Part shown: positions 20,595 to 30,465 of the stretch, one piece after another
Position numbering within the stretch: the first letter of the stretch is position 1
Layout: each line of letters starts with the position of its first letter
DNA from: an uncultured Gammaproteobacteria bacterium
Lineage (GTDB): Bacteria; Patescibacteriota; Patescibacteriia; UBA11705
Reading direction: 5' to 3'
NCBI GenBank assembly: GCA_964592195.1
Contig: CAZQEI010000002.1
Location: 13,240 to 77,239 of the forward strand
DNA: 64,000 nucleotides
The notes under the pieces: model-generated
Told to the model about the DNA's origin: nothing
Database searches by the model: none
What the model saw: only the letters and a program-made list of their open reading frames with translations
Made by a program: the position numbers and the translations under genes

Positions 20595-20999
20595 ATGACA
20601 CAAACTCTCATTGGTATCAAAGCAATTCTTGCGAATAAACATTTTCGTGGCCATCGCAATAGCATAGGGTGTCAATGTCAAATTAACGATTATCGAGAGG
20701 GTAACCTATTCATGCGTTTAGAAGGTGAAAATGAAGATCGATTTTTGGAACTTAATTACTTTTATGTGGAAATAATTCTTGTCAATCGTATTACGGGAGC
20801 AGAGACATTTATTGAGATTCACCCTAGAGACTTCCAAACAAAATCAATCCCAGTTTCGACGGACGATGAAATGCAGGTTGAAATTGCTGCCAACCACATC
20901 AAATCCATGGACGACAAATATCTCTGGTTCGGGGAATGGAACAAACAAAATGCCAAACCCGGTACCACCTTCTGGCGCTGGGAAGGAATCTTGGAATAA
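20595..20999 (+). CDS. Hypothetical protein
   Basis: CAGGAG RBS; followed by a terminator. Confidence 0.7.
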   Translation: MTQTLIGIKAILANKHFRGHRNSIGCQCQINDYREGNLFMRLEGENEDRFLELNYFYVEIILVNRITGAETFIEIHPRDFQTKSIPVSTDDEMQVEIAANHIKSMDDKYLWFGEWNKQNAKPGTTFWRWEGILE

Positions 21000-21005
21000 A
21001 ATCAC

Positions 21006-21032
21006 AAAACGACCGAAACCGGTCGCTTTTTT
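21006..21032 (+). terminator. Intrinsic terminator
   Basis: CGACCG AAAC CGGTCG followed by a T-run. Confidence 0.75.
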
Positions 21033-21060
21033 ATTTACAATTATAAATGGATATCAAATC

Positions 21061-21084
21061 GGGCAAATCATGATTTGCCCCTAC
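21061..21084 (-). repeat. GTAG-type REP
   Basis: GTAG-GGGCAAATCATGATTTGCCC (GTAG foot plus 20-bp perfect palindrome). Confidence 0.8.
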
Positions 21085-21165
21085 GAACCCCTGGGTATTT
21101 GATATTTCAAACATCACGTATCCGTAATTATCGGTAATATCCGTAATATATCCGTATATCCGTAA

Positions 21166-21540
21166 TTACCTAGCCAACTCCACCAACACACACCGATGAT
21201 TTTCAAACGTCAAACCTAAACTTTCCGCCATGGCAATCACCACCTCATCAAAAGCGCCAGGTTGAAACCACACATTATCATATTTCAACGCGACCACTTC
21301 ATCAAGGACGGATAAACTAACCGCCGGTGGAACAACAAACACAATCAAATCTGGCCGTGACGGCAAATTTTCCAATTTAGGATAGACTTTTAAACCTTCA
21401 ATCTCAACCTCATTCAAATTAATTGGCCAGACCGTATAATCACACGCCAGCATTTTCTTTACTACTTTATTGCCATACTTTTCCGGATGATTGGATGCTC
21501 CCACTACTGCCACAATTTTTTGCTTTGATAAATCTATCAT
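21166..21540 (-). CDS. CoA-binding protein
   Basis: VAVVGASNHPEKYG, FVVPP, VWFQPG. Confidence 0.9.
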   Translation of the reverse strand: MIDLSKQKIVAVVGASNHPEKYGNKVVKKMLACDYTVWPINLNEVEIEGLKVYPKLENLPSRPDLIVFVVPPAVSLSVLDEVVALKYDNVWFQPGAFDEVVIAMAESLGLTFENHRCVLVELAR

Positions 21541-23177
21541 ATTTTATTTATTTGGCGATCCAGACCGGCTTTAATAAAGGCGTTAAATAATGGGTGGCCA
21601 TCAATAGGTCTTGACTTAAACTCTGGATGGAATTGAACGCCCACGAAAAACGGATGATTCGGTAATTCGACAATTTCCACTAAACGATTGTCTGGCGAAG
21701 TCCCAGCAATTAACATTCCGTTTTGTGTTAATGTATCTCGATACTTATTATTGAATTCATAACGATGGCGATGACGTTCTGAGATGTTTGTTTGTTTATA
21801 GGCTTGATAACTGCGAGAATTTTCAGTTAACAAACACGGGCATGCACCCAAACGCATGGAACCGCCGTAATTATTTTCCTCAATATTTTTCACTTGATCA
21901 GACATGATGTGAATGACTGGGTGCGGAGTTTCTGGATTAATTTCCTCCGAGTTCGCATCCGCCAAACCTGCCACATTGCGCGCAAATTCAACTGTGGCCA
22001 ACTGCATACCATAGCATAAACCGAAGAAAGGAATGTTATTTTCACGAGCAAATTTGATCGCTTTTATTTTACCTTCAACACCTCGTCCGCCAAAACCTCC
22101 CGGCACAATTATTCCATCTAGACCTTTCAATTCAATCAGCTTAGATTCATCTGTTTCATAGACTCCGGCATCGAGCCAAGAAATTTGCACTCGCGCATTA
22201 TTCTTCCACGCTGCATGTTTCACCGCTTCAATTACAGAAATGTAAGAATCAGACAAAACATAATCACCGGTATTAAAATATTTGCCCACAATACCAACCT
22301 TTACTTCTTTTTCCGCTCGTCGCATACGATTCACCATCTCTTCCCAATCTTTCAAACCGGGACAAACCATTTTCTCTGTCCAACCAAATTGCTTCAAGAT
22401 TAAATTGCCCATTCTTTCTTTTTCAAAATTCAATGGCACATCATAAATAGAATCCACATCTGGCGCGGAAATTATATGATCAGGGAACATGTTGCCATTA
22501 ATCGCAATTTTTTTCTTGCGAATATCATCGAGCGGTCGATCGCCTCGGCACATAACGAAATCCGGCTGAATACCGGCGGAATTCAAAGTGCGAATGGCGT
22601 ATTGCGTAGGCTTGGTTTTCATTTCACCTAACTTGGAAGGCACTGGTAAATAGGAAACGAGCACGAAAACCACATCGTGCACATTTTGCATTTTGATCAT
22701 GCGAGCGGCTTCGAGGAATAATAAATTTTGATATTCCCCCACTGTTCCGCCAATTTCAACGATAACAATATCTGCTTCGGCCTTACGTTCTGCCATTTTA
22801 ATGCGACGAATAATTTCCTCGGGAATATGGGGAACCACCTCCACGCATTTACCTTGATATTCGAGATTGCGTTCTTTTTCAATGACACTTTGGTAAACAC
22901 GACCAGTGGTCATGTAATTGATAGCGTAAATATTTTTGTTCAAAAATCTTTCGTAGTTACCAACATCTTGATCAGTTTCATCTCCATCTTCGGTAACAAA
23001 CACTTCACCATGTTCAGTGGGATTCATCGTACCAGCATCGACGTTAATATACGGGTCGATTTTAATCGCAGTCACTTCGTAACCTTTTCCTTGAAGAATG
23101 CGACCAATAGACGCGGCCGCAATTCCCTTACCCACACCGCTCATCACCCCCCCCACGACAAAAATATACTTCGCCAT
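21537..23177 (-). CDS. pyrG: CTP synthase
   Basis: GGVMSGVGKG, DPYINVDAGTM, KTKPTQ, GLCYGMQ, ERHRHRYE, QFHPE. Confidence 0.98.
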   Translation of the reverse strand: MAKYIFVVGGVMSGVGKGIAAASIGRILQGKGYEVTAIKIDPYINVDAGTMNPTEHGEVFVTEDGDETDQDVGNYERFLNKNIYAINYMTTGRVYQSVIEKERNLEYQGKCVEVVPHIPEEIIRRIKMAERKAEADIVIVEIGGTVGEYQNLLFLEAARMIKMQNVHDVVFVLVSYLPVPSKLGEMKTKPTQYAIRTLNSAGIQPDFVMCRGDRPLDDIRKKKIAINGNMFPDHIISAPDVDSIYDVPLNFEKERMGNLILKQFGWTEKMVCPGLKDWEEMVNRMRRAEKEVKVGIVGKYFNTGDYVLSDSYISVIEAVKHAAWKNNARVQISWLDAGVYETDESKLIELKGLDGIIVPGGFGGRGVEGKIKAIKFARENNIPFFGLCYGMQLATVEFARNVAGLADANSEEINPETPHPVIHIMSDQVKNIEENNYGGSMRLGACPCLLTENSRSYQAYKQTNISERHRHRYEFNNKYRDTLTQNGMLIAGTSPDNRLVEIVELPNHPFFVGVQFHPEFKSRPIDGHPLFNAFIKAGLDRQINKI

Positions 23178-23188
23178 ATAGCTAAAGA

Positions 23189-23635
23189 TTAATTTTCATT
23201 TTTTACTACTAAATTGACCACCACTTGATTGCTGGGATCAAAAATAATTCTAACTTTGTAAGTACCGGCGTGTTTTACCGGTTCAGTTAAAACAATTTGT
23301 TTTAATTTAACATTCAAATTTTTCTTAGCCAGAGCCGCTGCAATTTTTTCTTTGGTAATGCCGGCAAAGAACGTTCCTTTTTCATCCGCCTTTTCTTTCA
23401 TATTCAAAGTTAAATCAGCCAAGGCGCGCATTAAGTGCTTTTGATCAAGGCCACTACGTTTCTTTTCTACGTCTTTTCGATGCTTCACCGCTTCTGCATG
23501 CTCCACATTATTCTTCGTGGCCTCTGCGGCAATGCCTTGAGGAATTAAAAAATTACGTGCATAACCTTCCGGCACTTCGCGAACATCTCCAACCCGACCG
23601 GCGGTGGGATGGTTTTTGAGGATGACTATTTTCAT
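23189..23635 (-). CDS. rplI: 50S ribosomal protein L9
   Basis: MKIVIL...GRVGDVREVPEGYARNFLIPQG. Confidence 0.96.
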   Translation of the reverse strand: MKIVILKNHPTAGRVGDVREVPEGYARNFLIPQGIAAEATKNNVEHAEAVKHRKDVEKKRSGLDQKHLMRALADLTLNMKEKADEKGTFFAGITKEKIAAALAKKNLNVKLKQIVLTEPVKHAGTYKVRIIFDPSNQVVVNLVVKNEN

Positions 23636-23639
23636 AAAG

Positions 23640-23750
23640 TTACGAATTTACGAATCAGTTACGAATGTGTACGAATCACTGACTAAAACAATAATTCGAA
23701 AAAATTCGCAATAAATTCGTACATTCGAAATGACTGACTTATCTCGCTTA
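23640..23750 (-). repeat. 111-bp quasi-palindromic element, copy 1 (5' UTR of rplI)
   Basis: 110/111 identical to 34624-34734; four CGAAT-type and four ATTCG units. Confidence 0.92.
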
Positions 23751-23755
23751 CTGAC

Positions 23756-23784
23756 ATATTAGCAAAATTCAGCTCCCTTGCCAA
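23756..23784 (-). promoter_or_regulatory. Sigma70-like promoter for rplI-pyrG
   Basis: TTGGCA-N17-TAATAT with extended -10 TG. Confidence 0.6.
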
Positions 23785-23870
23785 ACCAAAAGTCCCCCGG
23801 TTGTGGAGAACTTTTTGGCTTATTCTATAAATAATTTATATTAGAACACAAACAACCATTGCTGTCTATT

Positions 23871-25145
23871 TTAATAAGAAAACTTATACCCTTCAGGCAA
23901 ATTAATCACAGAAAATACTTCTGGAAGATCCCTAACACCTTTCACAACAACCTCCTGATTAGTCGCCCAACAATTAGTCTCATCTAAACTATTATTATCC
24001 AAATTAACCGTATAAAAAGTATTAAAACACCACCCAGTATCAGGCGTCCATTCAAAACCGAAATACCCCTCCAATGGCATATCTCCATCTTTTATCACAG
24101 GAACATCAGCAAACTTTTTCAAATCGCTATTTTCCAACTTGAAAGTATAAATTTCTTTATCTGTACTCAATAATAACATTCCACGATTAACATCCAAATC
24201 AGCATACTTTGCATTCGCTGGTAAACTTTTTTTCAAAACTATATTTCTGGTAAAAGTATTCAAATCAATGGAATAAATTTCACTAATATGTGTTTTACTG
24301 GTATCAAAATCCTCGCTCACTTCCAAATTCGCCTCCTCATTTACCGTAGTATAAGCATACAGTTTATTATTATAATATCCAATTGGCGTATCTCCTAACC
24401 CGAAACAACCTCCACCATCAAAAACCTTAACCAATTTATTATTCACTTGATCTAACAAGTATTTCTTTTCAATGCCACACGGACCGTCCCCATTTACCGA
24501 ACTAAAAACATCTTGCTCATCCAAGGTGTGTTCATATTGATTAATACAACCATTCAATACCATGCTTAGTTTATTGGTTTTTAAATTGTATGAATAGAAT
24601 TCACAGCCACCAAATTCTCCACCGACATTGGAATACAAAGTGTCTCCGATTTTTTCCAACACTCCGACATAACGTTCCATAGTTCCGCCATCAACGATTG
24701 ATTGTTCTGGTTTCTCGCTGTAAAGCAACTTCTTTTCTCCGGTGACAACATTATACGCCCAAATTACAGGCAAAGCCGGAACAGTATTTTTTGATTCACT
24801 GGTATTATCAATCGTGTCACCATAATAGATCCAATCACCATCACCTACAATATCCGTCTTCCAAGCGTCCAGACTTAACAATGTCTCAGAGGTTCCATCA
24901 GCCAGTTGCTTCACTAAATTTATTTTATTTGTAGTTGGCGGTCGATTAATCACTGGCTTCAATTGCCCGGTTTCATAATCATTAATTTTACCATACAACG
25001 CATCCTTCTGCTGTTGCATAGCCGTCACTTTTGCATTGTAATAGCTAATCACAACTGATCCAAACAATACCACTCCAGCCAATGCGATCAAGGCTACGAT
25101 CAACAACACCACTAACACTAGATTGTTTTTCTTTTTTTTCTTCAT
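23871..25145 (-). CDS. Membrane-anchored hypothetical protein, beta-rich (propeller-like)
   Basis: Poly-K N-terminus, one TM helix, repeated beta-strand motifs. Confidence 0.75.
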   Translation of the reverse strand: MKKKKKNNLVLVVLLIVALIALAGVVLFGSVVISYYNAKVTAMQQQKDALYGKINDYETGQLKPVINRPPTTNKINLVKQLADGTSETLLSLDAWKTDIVGDGDWIYYGDTIDNTSESKNTVPALPVIWAYNVVTGEKKLLYSEKPEQSIVDGGTMERYVGVLEKIGDTLYSNVGGEFGGCEFYSYNLKTNKLSMVLNGCINQYEHTLDEQDVFSSVNGDGPCGIEKKYLLDQVNNKLVKVFDGGGCFGLGDTPIGYYNNKLYAYTTVNEEANLEVSEDFDTSKTHISEIYSIDLNTFTRNIVLKKSLPANAKYADLDVNRGMLLLSTDKEIYTFKLENSDLKKFADVPVIKDGDMPLEGYFGFEWTPDTGWCFNTFYTVNLDNNSLDETNCWATNQEVVVKGVRDLPEVFSVINLPEGYKFSY

Positions 25146-25244
25146 ACCCCTCTATTATTTAAATCATAAAATACAAATCACAAATTCCAAATAGCACCAA
25201 GAATATTCTTCAATCTTGCTTTCTTGCTTTCTTGTTTTTTTGTT

Positions 25245-26474
25245 TTATTGCTTTATTATCTCAACCGCCTTATCCAACTGAGGATCTCTCTTCGCATCAA
25301 AATCCGCTTGTGTATATTTCACTTCAACGTCCGGAACAATACCTTTTTCATTAATGGAATTACCTTTTGGTGTTTGCCATTCTGCTACGGTAATTTTCAA
25401 CGATGAGCCATCGGGTAATCTTTGAATTTCTTGGACTGAGCCTTTACCAAAAGATTTTTCACCAACCAAGGTTGCCAAACCATAGTCTTTCAACGCGCCA
25501 GCTACGATTTCCGAGGCTGAAGCTGAACCGCCATCAATCAACACCACGGTTTTATATTTGGCAAACAAGGCCGAACCATCGGCATAATATTTATTCACTT
25601 TTCCATCACCGTAAACTTCCAACAATACTGGCTGACCATCTTTCACCCAATAAGAGGAAATTTCATTGGCTTGATTCAATAATCCACCTGGATCACCTCG
25701 CAAATCCAGAATAATTCCCTTAATATTTTTCCCCTTCATTTCTTTATTCATTTGTTCAAACAATTTTCCTGTATCACTATAAAAATCATGCAAACTTATT
25801 TGCAATATTCCATCATCGCGTAATTTCCATTCCACACTTTTAATTTGAATTACATCACGAGTAATAACATACTCCTTTGGCAATTCCTCTCCGCGTAATA
25901 CCAACAAAGTGACGGTCGTGCCTTTAGTGCCACGAATTAATTTAACCGCTTTTTCCACCGGCATGTCTGTAGTATCAATTTTATCAATGGCGTAAATTTT
26001 ATCACCTGTTTTTAATCCCGCTTTTTCAGCTGGAGAATCAGGCATCGGTGTTACCACCGTCAATCTTCCATCTCGAATACCAATTTCCGCGCCAATACCT
26101 TCGAATTGGGCACTAACATCATCATAAAATTCTTTGGTCATGTCTGGATCCATAAACATGGTATAGGGATCACCCGCTGCAGCCACAAATCCTCTAATCG
26201 CGCCGTAATACATTTTCTGAATATCCATTTGGTCGCGTTTCAAATAGTCCGACTTCAACCCGCCCCACACCATTTCAATCAAGGAACTTTGGAAAATATC
26301 CGGTAAATTCTTTTCATTCATCAATAAACTTGAGCCACCAATGGCTTTTGCGCCAACAGAAAACCTGCCAAGCAAAAAACCAAGACTAAGCAAAACAATC
26401 GCTCCCACGATCACCACATAAACCACGGCTGATTTGCGATTCTTATTTTGTTGTTGATTCAATAATGCGGGCAT
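25245..26474 (-). CDS. ctpA: Carboxyl-terminal processing protease (S41, PDZ)
   Basis: DPYT, FEGIG, LDLRGDPGG, SASASEIVAG, GKGSVQ. Confidence 0.93.
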   Translation of the reverse strand: MPALLNQQQNKNRKSAVVYVVIVGAIVLLSLGFLLGRFSVGAKAIGGSSLLMNEKNLPDIFQSSLIEMVWGGLKSDYLKRDQMDIQKMYYGAIRGFVAAAGDPYTMFMDPDMTKEFYDDVSAQFEGIGAEIGIRDGRLTVVTPMPDSPAEKAGLKTGDKIYAIDKIDTTDMPVEKAVKLIRGTKGTTVTLLVLRGEELPKEYVITRDVIQIKSVEWKLRDDGILQISLHDFYSDTGKLFEQMNKEMKGKNIKGIILDLRGDPGGLLNQANEISSYWVKDGQPVLLEVYGDGKVNKYYADGSALFAKYKTVVLIDGGSASASEIVAGALKDYGLATLVGEKSFGKGSVQEIQRLPDGSSLKITVAEWQTPKGNSINEKGIVPDVEVKYTQADFDAKRDPQLDKAVEIIKQ

Positions 26475-26552
26475 AAATAACTATTTATATAATTAAGATA
26501 TGTTTATTATAATAAAATTAATATTTATTGTCGCGTTTTCATAGTGGACAAT

Positions 26553-27137
26553 TTACCAATCATCTTCGTTACCATTATCTTCTTTCCAATTTGCAGGATT
26601 ATCCAAGATATATTGCCGTATACGATTTAATTCGTTTTCGTCACGAATAATACGATCATAATAATTCTTTTGCCACACCGGTTTACCAGACGTATTCTGC
26701 AACAAATTGATTTGTTTGGCGGTTTGCATTTTGAACCGCCCAATCATTTTCGGGATTAACATTTGACGTCGTTCGCGGCGTCCGGACGGACGCCCCGCCC
26801 GTAGAGACAATTCATGAATTGTCTCTACCTGATGATCGACCAATGGTCGGTCATCCGACGACGTCATATCGACAATTATAATCCCATGCACATGATTGGG
26901 CATTATAACAAATGCATCCAAAATGCAACCCGGGTAATAATTCGGCAAATCCAACCAAACAGCCCGGCATATTTCCGATGGTTTATTGTTTAGCAATTTT
27001 CCATCAATGATATTACCAAAAACCTTTTCCTTATTTTTTGTACAAATTGTAATAAAATATGCGCCCTCAGAAGAATAATCAAAACCTGGTAAACGCGGCG
27101 ATTCAATCCTATATTTATCACGAAACTTGGTTAGCAT
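26553..27137 (-). mobile_element. REP-associated tyrosine transposase (Y1/HUH, RAYT-like)
   Basis: RLPGFDYSSEGAYFITICT, FVIMPNHVHGII, WQKNYYDRIIR, YILDNPANW. Confidence 0.9.
26801..26828. repeat. Perfect 28-bp GTAG-type REP inside the RAYT coding sequence
   Basis: GTAGAGACAATTCATGAATTGTCTCTAC, translated as VETIHELSL. Confidence 0.9.
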
Positions 27138-27153
27138 TTCTTAAAATATTTGA

Positions 27154-27663
27154 TTATTTATTTAACCACGTATTCAATTCACCAAAAATCTTATCCTCAA
27201 AATTCTCCGGTTTAAATTTCATAATCGCTTCCGCGTTCCGTCGGCAATAATCCAACTGATCCGCATTACCATGCGCCGTATACCATTTATAACTATCTAA
27301 AATGTCTGCAGTTTTCACAATTAACGCTTCTTCACCATTATCAACACAACGTTGAATCAACTCATTCGTTTTTTCTTGTTTATCAACAATAGAATCATCC
27401 TTAGTGCTTGCCAAAACTAACCGTAAAACCTCAACTCCAAACTCTTTTTCCACCATTTCTTCCGTAGCATCAGACCATTCGATCACATCATGCAATAATC
27501 CGGCTAAAACAATATTTTCAGCATAACCATTTTCATACAAATAAACACCCACGCGAATATCATGAAATAAAACGGGTTTACGGCTATTCTCATCCGACAC
27601 CGGAAAATACTCCACCATGAAACGAACCGCTTTTTCAAAGTTTAAACTTAACACATTATTCAT
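27154..27663 (-). CDS. HD-domain protein, Mesh1/small alarmone hydrolase-like
   Basis: RKPVLFH, AGLLHDVIE, FGxEVxxLV, VKTAD. Confidence 0.75.
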   Translation of the reverse strand: MNNVLSLNFEKAVRFMVEYFPVSDENSRKPVLFHDIRVGVYLYENGYAENIVLAGLLHDVIEWSDATEEMVEKEFGVEVLRLVLASTKDDSIVDKQEKTNELIQRCVDNGEEALIVKTADILDSYKWYTAHGNADQLDYCRRNAEAIMKFKPENFEDKIFGELNTWLNK

Positions 27664-27709
27664 AGGTTGCTTTTATTGTAAGAATCTATACTTCAATCAT
27701 GTGACACTA

Positions 27710-28822
27710 TTAGCCATGAAATTCGAAAATTCTCTGATTTTCTGATTTATCCGCTACTTTTTGCCACTTTTTATTCACATAAAATGCTTCATTCCCGACT
27801 TCAACAAAAGCTATACCATCATGAAAATCAGAAGCAAAGTCATAGGATCGAGAAACCTGATTACCAGTTTTATCAACATAATAACTTTCAAAACCATCCC
27901 TTACCCAAGCTACACCTTCAGAAAAATCACCAACCTGGGAATATTCTTTATTATGTAAAAGATTACCAGTTTTATCAATAAAACTATATCTAGATGAGGA
28001 AACCTCCACACTAGCGATACCTTCATGGTAATCTGTAGCATACACAAAATCTCCAATATTGTGCTCTCCATCAGCGCTGACGAATGAATAGCGTTTAGCT
28101 TGATCGCGTGTCAAAATCATACCGTCATGACAATCACCAGCGAATTCACAATCAAGCTCCAAGACTTTTTTTCCTTCTTTATTAACAAAGCCTATTCGCC
28201 CACTTCTATCGATGACAAAAGCCAACCCCTCATTGAAGGAGCGACAATGTTTCACACCTGCAAACGCAAAAACCATTTTACCTTCTTTATTAATATAACC
28301 AAACTCATCATTATTCGTTTGTACCACTGCAAGCCCCTCAGAAAAAGGAAGGGCGTGTTGAAAACCACTGGTCACTTGGTTTCCTGCCTTATCAATAAAA
28401 AACTCATCTTGACCATCATGAACCAGTGCCAAACCTTCACGAAAATCATCCACATGCATAAATTCTCGCGAAATCCGCTTCCCTGATTTATCAATAAAAT
28501 AATATTTCCCAAACTCTCTCACCCACGCCATGCCATCATGAAAATCGCCAACCATATCACCACGAACCTCAAAAATTTCTTTTCCAGACTTATCGATGTA
28601 TTGCCATCTTTCATCTCCAGTTTTCACCGCGGCCAATCCTTCGGAAAACAGTTCGGCTCTCCGATATTGACACGGTATTACCTCTTTCCCATTTTGATTG
28701 ACATAGCCGTGCGCTCCGTCTCGAGAGATAGGAATCCGCACGATTTTTAATTTTTCTGCTCGTTCTTTGGCAGCTTCGCTGCTAACCGCAGGCAAAGCTT
28801 CATGAAATTGTCCCATAGCCAT
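27710..28822 (-). CDS. WG (KWG)-repeat protein
   Basis: About nine repeats of F(S/H)(E/D)G(L/M)AxV...YIDKxG; no signal peptide. Confidence 0.88.
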   Translation of the reverse strand: MAMGQFHEALPAVSSEAAKERAEKLKIVRIPISRDGAHGYVNQNGKEVIPCQYRRAELFSEGLAAVKTGDERWQYIDKSGKEIFEVRGDMVGDFHDGMAWVREFGKYYFIDKSGKRISREFMHVDDFREGLALVHDGQDEFFIDKAGNQVTSGFQHALPFSEGLAVVQTNNDEFGYINKEGKMVFAFAGVKHCRSFNEGLAFVIDRSGRIGFVNKEGKKVLELDCEFAGDCHDGMILTRDQAKRYSFVSADGEHNIGDFVYATDYHEGIASVEVSSSRYSFIDKTGNLLHNKEYSQVGDFSEGVAWVRDGFESYYVDKTGNQVSRSYDFASDFHDGIAFVEVGNEAFYVNKKWQKVADKSENQRIFEFHG

Positions 28823-28917
28823 AAATTTTGAAGTTAATTTTTATTTTTTTAATTTATATTCAGTTTTTTATGTTCCATGCTCTATGCTACATGTTCCATG
28901 CTCCATGTTACATGCTT

Positions 28918-30177
28918 CTAATCCACAATCCTCTTAATATCCGCCCCCACATCCTGCAATCGTTTTTCAATATTGGCATAGCCACGATCGATTTGATAGA
29001 TGTTATCAATCTCAGTCGTACCCTCGGCAATTAACGCCGCTAAGATCATAGCAAAGCCGGCGCGCAAATCCGGGCTGGTTAATCGACGACCAAACAATTG
29101 AGTTGGGCCGGAAACAATCACTCGATGCGGATCGCACATGATTATTTTAGCGCCCATTTGATTCAACATATCTGTGTAAATCATTCTTCCTTCAAAAATA
29201 GTTTCGAAAACCATGGACAAACCTTCAGCTTGAGTTAATAAAACTGTGAACGGTGCTTGGAGATCAGTGGGAAACCCAGGATATTCATGAGTAATAACTT
29301 CCGCCGCTGTATATTTCTTGCCACCAAAAACTTGCACCCAATCAGGTCCCAGTTGATAATTCACTCCCAAACGATCAAACATGGTCCACAATGACTCCAT
29401 GTGATCAGGTCGACAATTGGTGACTTTTAAATCTTCACCACACAAGGCTCCTAAAATCGCAAAACTTCCGGCTTCAATTCGATCAGGAATAACATCGTAT
29501 GTTCCACCACTAATTTTTTCTACACCTTCAATAATTATAGTGTGAGTACCGGCGCCAGTAATTTTCGCACCCATGCGATTTAAATATTCAGCCAAAGCAG
29601 GAATCTCAGGTTCGCAGGCCGCGTTTTTCAAAACTGTCGTTCCCTCGGAAACCACGGCGGTCATCATTAAAGATTCAGTAACTGTAACGGAAATCTTGGG
29701 AAAAATATATGTCATTCCCTTTAAACGCTTTTTAACTTTAAATGTATAACCAGAATCATCATCCTTGACATCCGCCCCCATGCGTTTAAAACCGTCAACG
29801 AATAAATCAATTGGACGTTGACCAATGGCACAGCCACCTGGATGAGGCATTTTCACTTCTCCCAACCGAGCTAACAAAGGACCGACTAATAAAACTGAAA
29901 CTCGAATTTTCTTAACCAAATCCGCATCCAAATCAGCACTTTTCACTTTTTCGGTTTTAACAATGACCGTATCACCTTCTCGTCGAAATTCTGTGCCCAC
30001 AGATTGCATTAATTCCAACAATCGATTCACTTCTTCAATGTTTGGACAATTATTAATCACCACTTCTTGATCAGATAACAAGGAAGCAGCTAGGATTTTC
30101 AACGCCGCATTTTTTGCACCCGACACTTTGATTTCTCCGGATAATTTTTTACCTCCGGTAATGACGAATTTTGACAT
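28918..30177 (-). CDS. murA: UDP-N-acetylglucosamine 1-carboxyvinyltransferase
   Basis: SGAKNAAL, PGGCAIGQRP, NAACEPE, PDRIE, GFPTDLQ, DLRAG, IDRGY. Confidence 0.97.
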   Translation of the reverse strand: MSKFVITGGKKLSGEIKVSGAKNAALKILAASLLSDQEVVINNCPNIEEVNRLLELMQSVGTEFRREGDTVIVKTEKVKSADLDADLVKKIRVSVLLVGPLLARLGEVKMPHPGGCAIGQRPIDLFVDGFKRMGADVKDDDSGYTFKVKKRLKGMTYIFPKISVTVTESLMMTAVVSEGTTVLKNAACEPEIPALAEYLNRMGAKITGAGTHTIIIEGVEKISGGTYDVIPDRIEAGSFAILGALCGEDLKVTNCRPDHMESLWTMFDRLGVNYQLGPDWVQVFGGKKYTAAEVITHEYPGFPTDLQAPFTVLLTQAEGLSMVFETIFEGRMIYTDMLNQMGAKIIMCDPHRVIVSGPTQLFGRRLTSPDLRAGFAMILAALIAEGTTEIDNIYQIDRGYANIEKRLQDVGADIKRIVD

Positions 30178-30184
30178 AGAGATT

Positions 30185-30348
30185 AAGGAAGCGCTGAAAA
30201 ATGTTTATTACAACGAGCCTTTAACAATTTTTCAAACGAAAATCGCTAAAATTGAGGAGGCTTATTGGTAATAAGTTGACGAAATTTTAACGATTTGCAG
30301 TTAAAATTTTAAAGGCGCAGATGAAAAACATTTTTTCAGAGATTCCTT
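30185..30348. mobile_element. ~164-bp MITE/RPE-like long hairpin
   Basis: Nested inverted repeats AAGGAA..CTGAAAAATGTTT / AAACATTTTTTCAG..TTCCTT, GCCTTTAA/TTAAAGGC; core GAGGAGGCTTATT-GGT-AATAAGTTGACGA. Confidence 0.7.
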
Positions 30349-30465
30349 TGGTTTAATTCTTCACCATTTTATCATATTTAATGCTAAATATCCAATTACC
30401 GCCCTGCTTCTAGGTTGATTTTTATCCTCATTTATGTTACTCTTTGAGCAATTAATCACCTATTT

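Noticed and set aside
23640-23750. CRISPR-like short repeats (also 34624, 60703)
   Set aside because: Units are 5-8 bp in inverted arms without unique 30-40 bp spacers.
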